A stretch of 64,000 bases of DNA from Pseudogymnoascus verrucosus (Eukaryota): assembly GCA_001662655.1 (NCBI GenBank), contig KV460275.1; one strand, 5' to 3'. The notes beneath the pieces are model-generated. The model had not been told where the DNA came from. It saw only the letters and a program-made list of their open reading frames with translations, and ran no database searches. Position numbers and translations under genes: made by a program. This document shows, one piece after another, positions 38,688 through 50,541 of the stretch; the stretch's first letter is position 1; the number at the start of each line of letters is the position of its first letter.

Positions 38688-39261
38688 TTTTTAGTATACC
38701 CACGGCATAATTCAAAGAAGTTGATAGATGCATATTTGAGCCTTGGTTCTAAAGGACACCAACTAAGAGTGCGCCGAGTGACTTTCATACGTTGTACAGG
38801 GATACATGTTCTCTTCCTCTCTAATCCGAGACCTCTTTCTTTGGTCCATCCATAGAATTTCATGTCTAATATCAACTGCCAAGCCTTTGCTGTCTATCTC
38901 AGTATTAGCAACCCAGCCGCCAATCTAGTCATGTAGTGATAAACGATGATCATCAGATTGTTTTAGCGTTCAGCTCACGGAGCACTGACGAGATCTTAAC
39001 TTGTCTCGGCAGTCCATTTTTTTAAGATTGACCAGTAATGTGAGCGGAGTTGAGCTTAAAGGCTATTGACCATGGCGTAGCTAATCCTGACTTTCCACTA
39101 TCATTCATTTTCTTTCTCTCCCTCCTCTGATAATTATACTCTGATATCTCAATACCAACTCCATCACTTTCTGTTGTCTTTGAGTGATAATTTCTATACC
39201 ATTTTTGTTGTTCATATCTCGTATCTAATCACATGCGAACGTCCCCCGGCTGGCTTTAAAG

Positions 39262-42200
39262 ATGGTTTACAAGTTTGATATCCATGTTGTTCACCTCTCA
39301 GAACTAAAAAAGCACTGGTGGCAACTGGTACATGACCATCCTGTTCGCAAGCGAAGGTTGACACTGACAATCGTAGGCTATCCTGAGTCTTGGTCTCACG
39401 GCAGCATTCATTGGTATTCTGTATATTGGGACCAAGTTGATCCTCAAGGTCCGACGTCTTCTGAGATTGAAGGTAAATTTTCTTCTTCGACGTAGTAATC
39501 TCAATGCCGAGAGATTGATTTACTGACTTCTACAGAGTTTGAAAGACACTTCGACACAACTTGCATTGAATGTTCGGACCTACTTTCAAACACTCAATAC
39601 GGTTCCAATTGCTCCATGTGTGTCCGAAAGGAGCAAGGTCCACAATCCAACATCATTTCGAATATATCTTGGAGCGCTCGATGACCTGGCATCTGGCAGT
39701 CAATCGAGAATACTTTCGGACTGGGATCTAGTTATACTTGATCCGTTGCAACCTGGTGTCAAAAATGCGATAACTTCGACGCCTCGCAGCAGGCGGATAG
39801 CGCTCTTTATTCTTGGCAGGCTCGATATTGAGGCTCTGCTAGGCACAGCGCAGCATGACTCTGATATTGAAGACTTCACGATATATGCGTTGGACTGTAT
39901 CCTTGGTCTCGTCTCCACATATTTCCCTGTCCCGAACGAGAGAAACCATGGCTTTACTGGCATTGTTCTCGCGGGCTGGGAGAATTTATTTTCAGTCGCC
40001 ACACTCCACGAACTCAGTAAGGAACTTTCCAAGAGAGCACTAGATGTATATCTAGAGACAAAGCCGCCTCACTTCCTTAATGAAGTCAATGCTGTTGTCC
40101 ATAACTCAATCGCTGGCTTAGTCATCCGAAATGGTCTTCTTTGGCCCAATGGTGAAAGAAGAGACTGTTTTAATATGGATGAAATGCGCCCAACCATCAA
40201 AGCTTTCATGTCTCAGGAAATTGTTCGAGAATTTACAACAATGATGTGGGAAGAGCTTGACAATAATGCGGTTGTATCAATTTCTGTCCTAAAGAGAACC
40301 TATTCCTGGTCTAGATTTCACAATACTCTGGCATGGATTGCTCCCAGCTATGCACTTTTAGACGCAGAAGCCATAGTTACACAACTAGAGCCTCTGAGTG
40401 CTTTCGATTGGCTGAAGGAGAGTAGCGTCACCGAGCTTCATGACCTCTGGAAAAACAATCAAACTGTAAGAATAGCGATGCAACAACTTTGTCAAGTTTG
40501 CTTCATACTGATTTTGCTCTAGGTATCCAGCGCAAGTTCCCATAGACTAGTGTTTGGTCCTATCAACACTCTCCTTCCAACTTTGCGCACTATGTGGAAG
40601 GACAACACTTGCAACTTTTGTGAAAGCTCCGAGGCTACCTATGATCCAGAATCGGAATCACATGAGCCGGAATGGACTGGATTAGATTGCTTCAAGAAAA
40701 CTGATACCCTTTCTGTATCAGAGACTGGGTTCAATTATGATGGCATGGGATGCTTTCCCATTGGCATAAATGTCACACTGGAAGATTTTGTTCAGGTTGT
40801 CCATTCTCAAAGACGACTACGAAAGCTTGGGTTACTTGATGAGATTGCCCCTAATATCCTCAAAGAATTCGGTATCCTTCTCGGAGATTTTGTCCGATCA
40901 AAACTTGTAGGGCAGTCCATAATTACTTCCCAAATCCGAGATACGATCCTACAACTATCGAGAAATTTGACGGAAACGCTGGACCGCGGAATAAACAATG
41001 TCCGTGTTTACCAAGGTCTAGACACAGGTTTCCATTCCGCTGGTGCTAAGCGATTCTGGGGGGTTTACTATATTCGTGAGTCGCATGGTACGGAGATCTA
41101 TATCTCGTCAAAGTCAGAGGACGTGATTGGTACAATACTTCATACATACCTGTCAAGTCGATACTGTCCTCGTCGTCAGCGCTTCGAAGCTGAGTTTGCT
41201 CTTGCAGATTGGTCAGGTACTCTAGCTCCAAGCCGACGAAGCACAAAGCAAGTCCAACAAGACATTCGATCATTAACACCTTCCGAAAGCCTGATTCTGC
41301 TACAAAAGCTTGCCCTTTACGACTTATCACTGAATAGTTCTCTGGTGATAGGAGTACAAGACGAAGTGGAAGCGCAGCTCATCAAGCAACCCTCAAAAAC
41401 CCAGCTAAAGAGCATCGGCACAGTCGACTATCTCAACGGATCTGTTGATGCAAAGGGCCTTATTTTTTCTCGGATAGCTAGTCATTGCCAGCATGGTCTG
41501 CGACACCCAAGTCAACCTGCTAGCCTGCAACTATTTTCCGATGTAGAAGAAGCAATTCAGCAGATCCTCAGAGACAGAAGAATATCGGACCTTGAATCCA
41601 TACTTATGACCCTACGGCAATCAATGAAATACTCGTGCGCTGATACTGTGACGGATATTCTGGCACTAGCCGTATTCTGTGTCATGCGAAAGTTGGCCTT
41701 TGAGGAGGTGTACATTGAGGTGACTGACAGAAACCCTCTTTTCAACGATCAATCAGATCAAGGAGCCGCGTTTGCGGAACTATTTGCCCTAGGTTCGCGT
41801 TGCGAGGTGTATTTCGATATGTCCCCGAGCGCATTTGGAAAGCTTCTTCTGTTGAAATTTCGAGAGCAATACAACAATCCCCTACGCCAACCACCTCTCT
41901 TTAAAGAAACATCTATGGCACTGCAAACAGCATACTCTGAGCCGCAAATGGATATCGCGCCAATCTCTACGTCCATGAAAATGCCGTCCTATCAGCGTTT
42001 TACGTTTATGGGTGTCTTTGCTATCCCTGCTCTAATAGATGTGCTCCTTTTGACAACTACGAAACATGGTCTCTTTCTTAGTGGTAAAATGAGTGAAGCC
42101 GAGCAAAAATACGCTACCATTGCATTTATGCTGTCGTTACCTCTTTCTGGAGCTATTGGGACTTGGATTGCTTGTGGTGGAACCTATTACCTTGCGTCCA

Positions 42201-45200
42201 TGGCATTTTCAGCAATGAATTATCTTGTGGTCACACGCCTTTTAGGAGGCTTGGTATTCCTGGTCTCCGCCGCCACAATTGGCTTCGTTGCAGTCAGCTG
42301 CGTCACTGGCGTCCAACCTGCCTTGATTTTCTTCCTCTACCTTATCGCTTTGACAGCGTATCTATCATTATTAGCTGCTCTTGCTAATTACAATCTTAAT
42401 GGCTCGTCATTTCAATCCGTAAGTTCAAAAAAGGGTTCCTGCTTCTAACATCACTAACGGCTTGTCAAATTTTAGGGTCGTAAAATTATCCTGTTGTGCA
42501 TTCCAGTTATGTTCCTCTCTCCTGTTATGACAATATTAATTCCAGGATATGACTCTGAAGTTTACCTAGCTGTGCTTTACGTTTTCATTACAATGTTACT
42601 GCTAGGAACTCGACATATTGGATCCCTCTGGACTACGTGGTTTCAAAAAATTGAAATAATCGACGACAAAGCGCTAAAAGACTGGTATCTTGAACGAAAG
42701 ATAATGAGTGAGGATAGAACTCCTCAGATACTCTCAGAACATGCCCTCTTAAAACAGGCCCAGCAAGATATGCTGCGTGAAGTTATGGAGGCTCTCCCTA
42801 GCCTTTTCAACTTTAGAACTACGAAAGATCCCATGGTCCTGAAGCTTGCAGAATGCTATGAGGCAACGTCATTCATGATGGTGGGTCTCTAAATTTCTTC
42901 GTGGACATTCGAGATAACAGATGGCAGGACTGGTACTCTCTTTCTACGGGCCTGCCCACGCCAATTCCATTCAGTTCAACATGGAATATTCAATCCAAGG
43001 TCGCCCTGAAACAACTCGTGGAATCGCAGCGAGGTATCCGATTTCATAATTGCTTCCTCCACTGGCGTCAGGCAGGAGATGAGGTAATGAAGCACCAGTG
43101 ACCCAACGCAATCATTAAAATGCTTACACCTCTAGATCGGCTGTACAGTTCTATACTTTATCGTTGCGCTGCTAGATAAATGGATTGCGCTCCTTGGCGG
43201 AAAACAGTCCATCAGCGGTCAGAAGGGTGGTATACTCCTTGGCTTGACATCAAATAATCCCGAGTTTGGTCATGCCGTTGGATTTGGCCTCGCCTACTAC
43301 CTTATCGGAGCCGTCCTCCTAGATTATAATGCTCAAAAGCTCCACGAACTCGCAACCAAATGCAAACAAGAGATTGTCGCAAACGACGATTGCCTTTTGC
43401 ATGCGACCAGAGAAGTGGCTCGCGAGCGCAGTGCTCTTTATTGGAAGACTTTGCGACTATATTTGCTCCTCGACGTTTGGAGCTTGGCCATCACATCAGC
43501 GATGATGTTGTTGTTTAGTTATACCAAGGATGCCATTATTTTGTTTCTTGCTTATGTTTTCAGCTATACCGGTAAGTGGTTTTTGAATACTAGAGAAGCT
43601 AAAGCTAATGTTTTTAAAGGACTGTTGTGGTACCAGGTTAGTGAAACAAAAACAAAAAAATGAATGGTACTAACCTCTTATGAAAGTATACGAAAACATT
43701 TACAGGCCCTCACGCACTAAAACCTCTCTTAATTAGCGCATCCTTGGGTCTAATAGTAGGCTTCGTCTTAAGATCCATTTTTCCAAATTTCATATACAGC
43801 GACGTGGTTGCACTTGGATTTGCAACATGGTTAGTTGCTATTCTATGTCTATGGGCTGTCAGAATTGTTGGAAGGTCCTTGGATGAGCCTATAAGACTGC
43901 CTAATACTGGTTACCATGTCCTGTACAACCCAGGCCCAGATGCATCTTGGTCGCAAAGCGAGCTCCGGCTGAATTATGATTTACTCCGGTCTCTTCCCGA
44001 CGATAAGCATCCTCTTCTTGATCCTAAGTCATATCAAGGACAGCAGATCCAGTTGATACTGTCATCAGCTTCTCGGGAGAAGCTCTCTGATCTTGCTGGA
44101 CTTGCATTCCCTTCTGCTGGGAAGCTTTTTGAAAACAGTCTTAGGGCCTTCCAAGACCAAAAAGTTGTTGTCGAGCTTGTTTCTATGAAGTACCTTAATG
44201 AAGAAGGACACTCCACCAGAGCTATAAGCTATGCCACTGACGACCTTATGCGCGTTCTTGTTGACTGCGACCCTGTGGCTCTCTCCTCAAAGCAACAACT
44301 ATCACAGCACTGCCTCTACAAGTAAGCTAATATAGCATCCGTTATGCCGCATTCAATGCTAACAGAGTTTGATAGTGTTGCGGAGATAATTTTACACTCT
44401 GTCGCTGAGAGCTTCCTCGATTACAGTCACAGCCATGCCTGCCTATCAGAAAACCTCTTGAAGAGCACAGTTGACCCCGAAATGCGGATGCCGCATATTT
44501 TTAGGTGTCAAGCAGAGTGTTGTTCCAATGTTAACGATGAGACGTTTGCACTGGGTACTTATTACAAGCAAGAGATGTTACAAAACCTGTGTCTAGGATT
44601 CGCCCCCGATCTCACATGGGACAGTCTACCGGAACAGATCAGGAATCATCTCATTCAGCGCTGCATTGGGCAAACAAGCTCCCTAACAGAGGCCAGCAAG
44701 AAATGCGTCCAGTCACTTTTAAACGAGGGCGATTTCAACACCCACCTTGCACGCTGTGATTACGGTGCCAATATGTCGGCGCTGTTCTACGGTGACACCA
44801 AGATATCCCCAACCAGAGCTATAATGAGTTCAACTTCCTCATTAGCGCATGAGGAAGTGAAGAAATACTTGCCCACTCCGTTGTCTCGGTCAATGATGTC
44901 CATGCCACGCCGGACTGCTAGTTATATTTGGCACAAGATTGGAACAATGGCAAAATTCTTTGCCGTCGCATTTGTCGCAGATGCCGAATACCAACGCGAA
45001 CTCAATTGCAGTTTGGATAAAAATCCCAAGGTTGTAGTCGAAATAGTAAGGGTAATCCTTAATGGGATTTGGGTGGCTGCAAAAGCCACACAGAGCCTCT
45101 TGCTTCCTTTTTTTCTTGTAAGCTGAATATCTTCAACTGTCAGATTGCTTGGTGTATAAATCTGACCATTAAACAGTTCCACAACCGGAAGAATGTTGCC

Positions 45201-48200
45201 ACCCTATGGAAGAGCATTCAAGGGAGGAAGATCAGTTTCAAACGGAAGCATATCGACATCTATGTTTCGGATGGTCAATACACTGCATTTATTCATCACA
45301 ATCGTGACGGCTCGTTTAATCTCTACCAATATCGAGGTGAGCATAGCAGCGAACCCAAGTCTCAAGACAAGTTATCTTACGTCAACACCTATTCCGAGAA
45401 AACTTTACTCTTGCGGCGAGAAGAACTCCGCGGCGGGGAGACTGTCAATATTGCAGACTATGACTACTGCAATCTGGGTGAAGGAGGTAGGACGAGACTT
45501 TCTCGATCCACAGGCCCATCTGCCCTGCCCATCACTCGGAGGGTTATTGCTGGTCAGGATCAATTCCAGCTCATGCATTATAATCGAAAGGGATTAATCG
45601 AGTCCGGTTCATATATCAAGGATGGCAATCTTGTTCGGTTTCAGTACCACTACGGCAAGGTCGCGAAACTTGACGGCGAGTTGTTGAGAGCAGAATTCGT
45701 CCTCCCTCATATGAGCTGCACCGTATCTTGGTGCGCCACATCTCCTCACCACTCAGATAAGCTTGATAAATGGGTAATGTCAAAGTTTTATTTATAGGAA
45801 TTTATTTCTGACTCGTTCTAGATATCGAGTTCGGAAGTGACCGAGTCCACCTTTGTTCTCGGCACAGATGTCTGGGAGAGCAAATACACCTACGACCACA
45901 AATGTCACCCAACTATCGCGACCACCTTGAACGGAGAACCTGAGGACACCCCACCGCTGATCAAGTACGACTACTTGGATATCCTCAAGAAGCCCAAAAA
46001 TATCTCCTTCCTCGACGATAACCCTCTATACTCCTTCACTACTGTCCGCCCCAATCCAGTTGCTCGATGGTTGGGACTTTGTACTCGGCAGTATCCCTTC
46101 TGGACATCTCAATCCAGGTATTTGCTTTGGAAAGCATGGAAGAATGATCATGATTATGATGGAGTTGTGGTAAGATGGATGGACGAGCAATTGTTGCGCC
46201 GTGATAATGTTCTGAAGCCATACTGGAGAAGGAGGGATTGGGGTAATCTATCGTCGGCAGAAAGATACCTACAGCAGAATGGTGACGCTGTAATGGCAAA
46301 AATTGACCTAGACATGACGATATCTAGCTGGACCCCGCTCGCTATTACGATGAACGATCTTCTGACCTTTGGACCTGGAGGCGACGCCTCTGCTCGCACG
46401 AGGTCTAAACTTGTCTGCCAGGAAGATGAAGATGATGGTGCTTTACACGTCATTGCTGTTGACACCGGGACATGGCCCAATGAGGTAAGGCTAATATTCT
46501 CCTGTAGGGGATTGATACTGATATGAAAAGGGTGGAGGAGTGTCTGCCTGTCGCCGCGACCTCATTAACAACCTTACGAGTATCAAATGGCACATGGTTG
46601 CAGAATCTGCTAATGATTTCGGTCTTCCCAAGCACCAAATTGAGAGGAATGTACATTCATTAAAGGTAATAGCGCTATGGGGCCTCGATTTGATGAACCC
46701 CACTCACGGTCTGTTCCAAAATCGCTTGGATTCCGAGATCGAGCATATCTCACGCTGCGAAGATCTCGAGGATGTCAAGAACGGCTTCATTCCTATTCTA
46801 GCAGCTCTAGTATATGGCGCCAGGTCTCTCAACTTTGAAGAAAGCGGCATCAAGCAGCTAACGCGTGCGCTCTTAAGTCTCAACGCCTACTTTGGAGAGG
46901 GCAGGCATCATTGGGGCATTGTCTGGAACAGCAAGTTTGTCAAAAATGCATGGAGGCGACTCTGGCTTTCTAAACACTCTGATAATGCCCGTCCGTGCTC
47001 TGCCTGGCTTGCTACCGAGTTACCAACACTGGCACAGTTGGACCAGGGCCTCGAGCTATGGTCCCGGTATCTCTTCATCTTCTCCATTCCAGTTCCGGAG
47101 AAGATGCCAGACGTGTTCCAGGCCTCGCACCACAGCGTCAGCGCCTCATATGGCATCGTCTGCAAGGTTAAGCGACAGTGCATCTTACAGATTTGGGACC
47201 ATGCCATTAGCTGGCGGGAAACCAACCTGTATCTATCTTCAGCTCTGTGTCCACTAGCGCCTTTTGTGAGGAACTCGCTATTGGGCCTTTTGCGTATGAC
47301 CTCTGTGCTTACTCTACACCATGCGGATACAATCTTGCCGTGCGCGGACATCTTCAATCCTAGCTGGGAAGTTGAAATCGGGACATGCGAAGGAAGAATT
47401 GAACATCGCAATGCTTTCAGAAGGAAGGTCGACCCAGTGGTTAATGGCATTACGGATACGCGGCGGTTCATCCCTGTAGAAATCAAGACCAAGACTCCAA
47501 CAATCACCATGCTGTCTCATGTCTGGTATGCCAAAGATATCAAGACTGCAATACTTGCTGCAGACATCATCGTCAATGAATGGGGTTTCAAGGATTATCA
47601 GCTCGATGTATATGGGGCTCTCGATAAGGCACCCGCATATAGCACTAATTGCCTAGAGATGATCTCTACCAAGTCACTACGGCGGAATGTTGCTTTGCGA
47701 GGGGAAGCAGATCCGATTGCTGTTCTCGAGCAGACTGTAAGTTTTTCTTGTTTCCCTTTTAAGAATTATCTAACTCCTCCCGAGTGGCTCTTCCTCAACT
47801 CGTCTGTTTCCGAAGGTTTGCCCCTCGCCCTTGGCGAAGCGGCACTCACGGGCGCACCCATTGTCTGTACGGATGTCGGCGCTTCCCGTCGTGTCCTAAC
47901 AGATCCGCAAACCAACGAGTGTTACAGCGCCATCGTAGCACCAAACGATGCACGCGCCTTGGCAATAGCGCAGATCCACTTACTCGCCATGATGGGTGAA
48001 TGGCATTCCCACTCGGACAAACCAGAGACACAACGTTCATATACAAGTTCTCATTCGTCACTACCGGACAGCAGCTTAGGATTTGACACTTCAAGTTCGA
48101 GCAGGCTTAATAATTCCACTACTTCACTTGTCGAAAAAGCCTTGACTTCGCTTCCGGAAAACCCTACGAGGGAAGATGTGGAAATCATAACAAGACGCAT

Positions 48201-48603
48201 GTATGAACAAACACCTGCTCGCAAAAGGCTTGGAATGCGTGGTAGGGACATTGTGCAAAAAAGCTTTTGCGGGGAGCGGTACCTCCGAGAGCATGAACAA
48301 ATGCTTTGGATCGGCAAAGGAATGAAGGATATGCGCCAGCTAGAGGTTGTTGCAGAGTCACCTATAGAGAGTGCTGACATGGGCTATCGGTTCAGGGCAA
48401 CAAATACTACGATGGATGCTATTTCGCGCACGAGCCAGACGCAGTCTTCAACTCCACTAAGCTCAAGGCTAACATCGTCTAGAAGCACAGGCATAACACA
48501 ACTAACTTCGGGTAGCACGGATATAACGAGTGTGTTAACAGATAGTGTACAGACTATAGTAAAGTTGCCTACAAAAACGGTACTAGGATGTTCCCATTTA
48601 TAA
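39262..48603 (+). CDS. gtb3: Very large multi-pass membrane GT4 glycosyltransferase (GAG synthase), many exons
   Basis: Consecutive ORFs join across GT-AG introns from MVYKFDI..WWQL|AILSLGL (TM). Motifs EEVYIEVTDRNPLFNDQSDQGA, TM bundles, DTGTWPNE|GGVSACRRDL, IWDHAISWRE, VDPVVNGI, KDIKTAI and FLNSSVSEGLPLALGEA (GT4 EX7E). Start codon is inferred. Confidence 0.9.
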
Positions 48604-49344
48604 TAGTTGTAAATAGTCTAAATATTTTATCTAATTTAAATAATTTAAATAAAGTAAAAATTAACTAAGTTATAGTAGAGAAAGAATAATATAGTATTAT
48701 TAATTAAGGTAGGAGAGCTATTCTAATATTATATGATATAGTTCTTAATATACTCTATTTAAAAATTAAGCTCCTTTATAGTTTAAGGAGTCTTTAAAGT
48801 CTAATTATTACTCTTAACTATAGAAGAAGTTAAAGTTCTTAAGTATAGATTTAAGTAAGAGAGGACATTCTATAGCTTATATAAAACTAGTCTTATAGCT
48901 TAGAATCTACTCTTAATATTCTACTTTATAAATATAGCTTTAAATACTTCTTTAAATATAAAGGGAAACTTAAGCTACCCCTAGCATTTATAGTAAGTTA
49001 ACTATAATAACTACTTCCCCCCTACTAAATATAGGCTTAGTATATATATATATAGGCTAGTTAACTATAATAACTTAACTATAATAACTACCCCTAGCCC
49101 CCCCCCTTATAGGATCTATCCTTAATAAGGCCCTCTAGAGCTACTCTAACTAATAGTAGTAGAGATAGCCTTTAGTAGGGGTAGTAAGTAAGGCCTTTAC
49201 CTACCTCTTAAAGTAGGGTATACTTCTATATATACTCTATAGCTACTACCTATAGCCCTAACTAGAAGTCTAGGTCCTATACTTATAGTAGTACCTATAT
49301 AGCCTATATAGGGCCTAGCTTAAGTATCTAAGGGAGCTCTTTAA

Positions 49345-49873
49345 TGTAACGCTAGGTCTTAAACTATAAGACTTATAGAGGTTTCGTTGCGTTAGTTTAC
49401 TTAATAGAGGAGGTAGGGGATTAGACACAAAGGCTTTTATAAAACACATTATAGTATATAACAAATACTATATTAAGTTAAGCATAAAGCTCCTATCTAA
49501 GAAATAACTATCTACTTATATAGTAGCGTCGTGCTAAAGGGAATAGTTGGAATAGTAGACTCTCTAACTATTCTTACTATTCCTACTAATCTAATTACGT
49601 GTGCGTCCTATAAGAGGTGCTACACTTATTATAGGTACTGATTCCTATAGGTACCCTTCTAAGGAGGCACCTTGCTCTACATAGGTGCCTTTCCTAATAG
49701 GCACCTTTCTTTTGCTAGGTACCTTCTAAGAAAGGTACCTTTTTCTAAAGGTGCCCTTATTAACTAAGCTACTTACAATCTCTACGTCCATTTCCTGCTG
49801 CTAATTAGCTGCAAGCTATTTTACCTTATTATTCTATCTTATAGCATATAGGTTGCATGTTTTAGCTATAACA
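49345..49873 (-). repeat. 3' LTR of family A element
   Basis: TGTAACGCTAGG...GCTATAACA; direct repeat of 55981-56509. Confidence 0.93.
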
Positions 49874-49986
49874 CTAGGTCCCCTCCCTTAAGGCCTAGTC
49901 CTATAGGCCATTGCTAACTAAGAATCCTCTAGCCTACTTAAGTATAGTAGGTCCCCTATATTTGTAGGGTAGGCAAGGCTACGACT

Positions 49987-50541
49987 ATGTCTTCCTCTAA
50001 ACACTTAAAAATCAAAGAACGTAAACTGCTCGCTAACTGCATAACCTACAAAGGGGTTAAAATGCCTTCCTATTCCTACTATAAGAAACGAGGTCTCTAC
50101 TGCCTTGCTTCTACATCCTCAAAACGATGTAATAAATGTGTTCGTTTAAATTCTTACAACTGTGACGTCTCTAGCCCTTCTACTAGCAACTAGCAGTTAC
50201 TATAGAAAGAAGAGGACTGTCTTTAACTTAAAACTTACATAACCTATGAGGCTGTAGTAACTACTATAGCCTGTCTTAACTGCCTTAAGCAGTAGTAGGA
50301 TCTCCTTAAGACCTAAGGTACTAAGATGCTTTGCTGCAGTCTAAAGACCCTTAACAAACTAGAGGAGGTAGAAGAACGTAAGCGGCAAGAAGCTAAAGCC
50401 TACAGTCACCTTGCTAGTCCTTCTATAACTAACCCTAGGAGCGCTATCCCTAAGCACAACTACCTATTAGCCCTTTCCCCTAGGTTCTTTAATCGTTAGG
50501 GCGTTAGTAGTAGAACTCTGCTAGTAACTCTAGGCAGCTAA
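49987..50541 (+). pseudogene. Antisense accessory ORF of the Gypsy element: Zn2Cys6-like motif plus coiled coil, RIP-damaged (184 codons)
   Basis: Single frame ATG 49987 to TAA 50541; internal stops are TAG/TAA. YSYYKKRGLYCLASTSSKRCNKCVRLNSYNC becomes C-x2-C-x6-C-x8-C-x2-C-x7-C if two TAT codons revert to TGT. Followed by E/K/R-rich helix. Confidence 0.7.
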
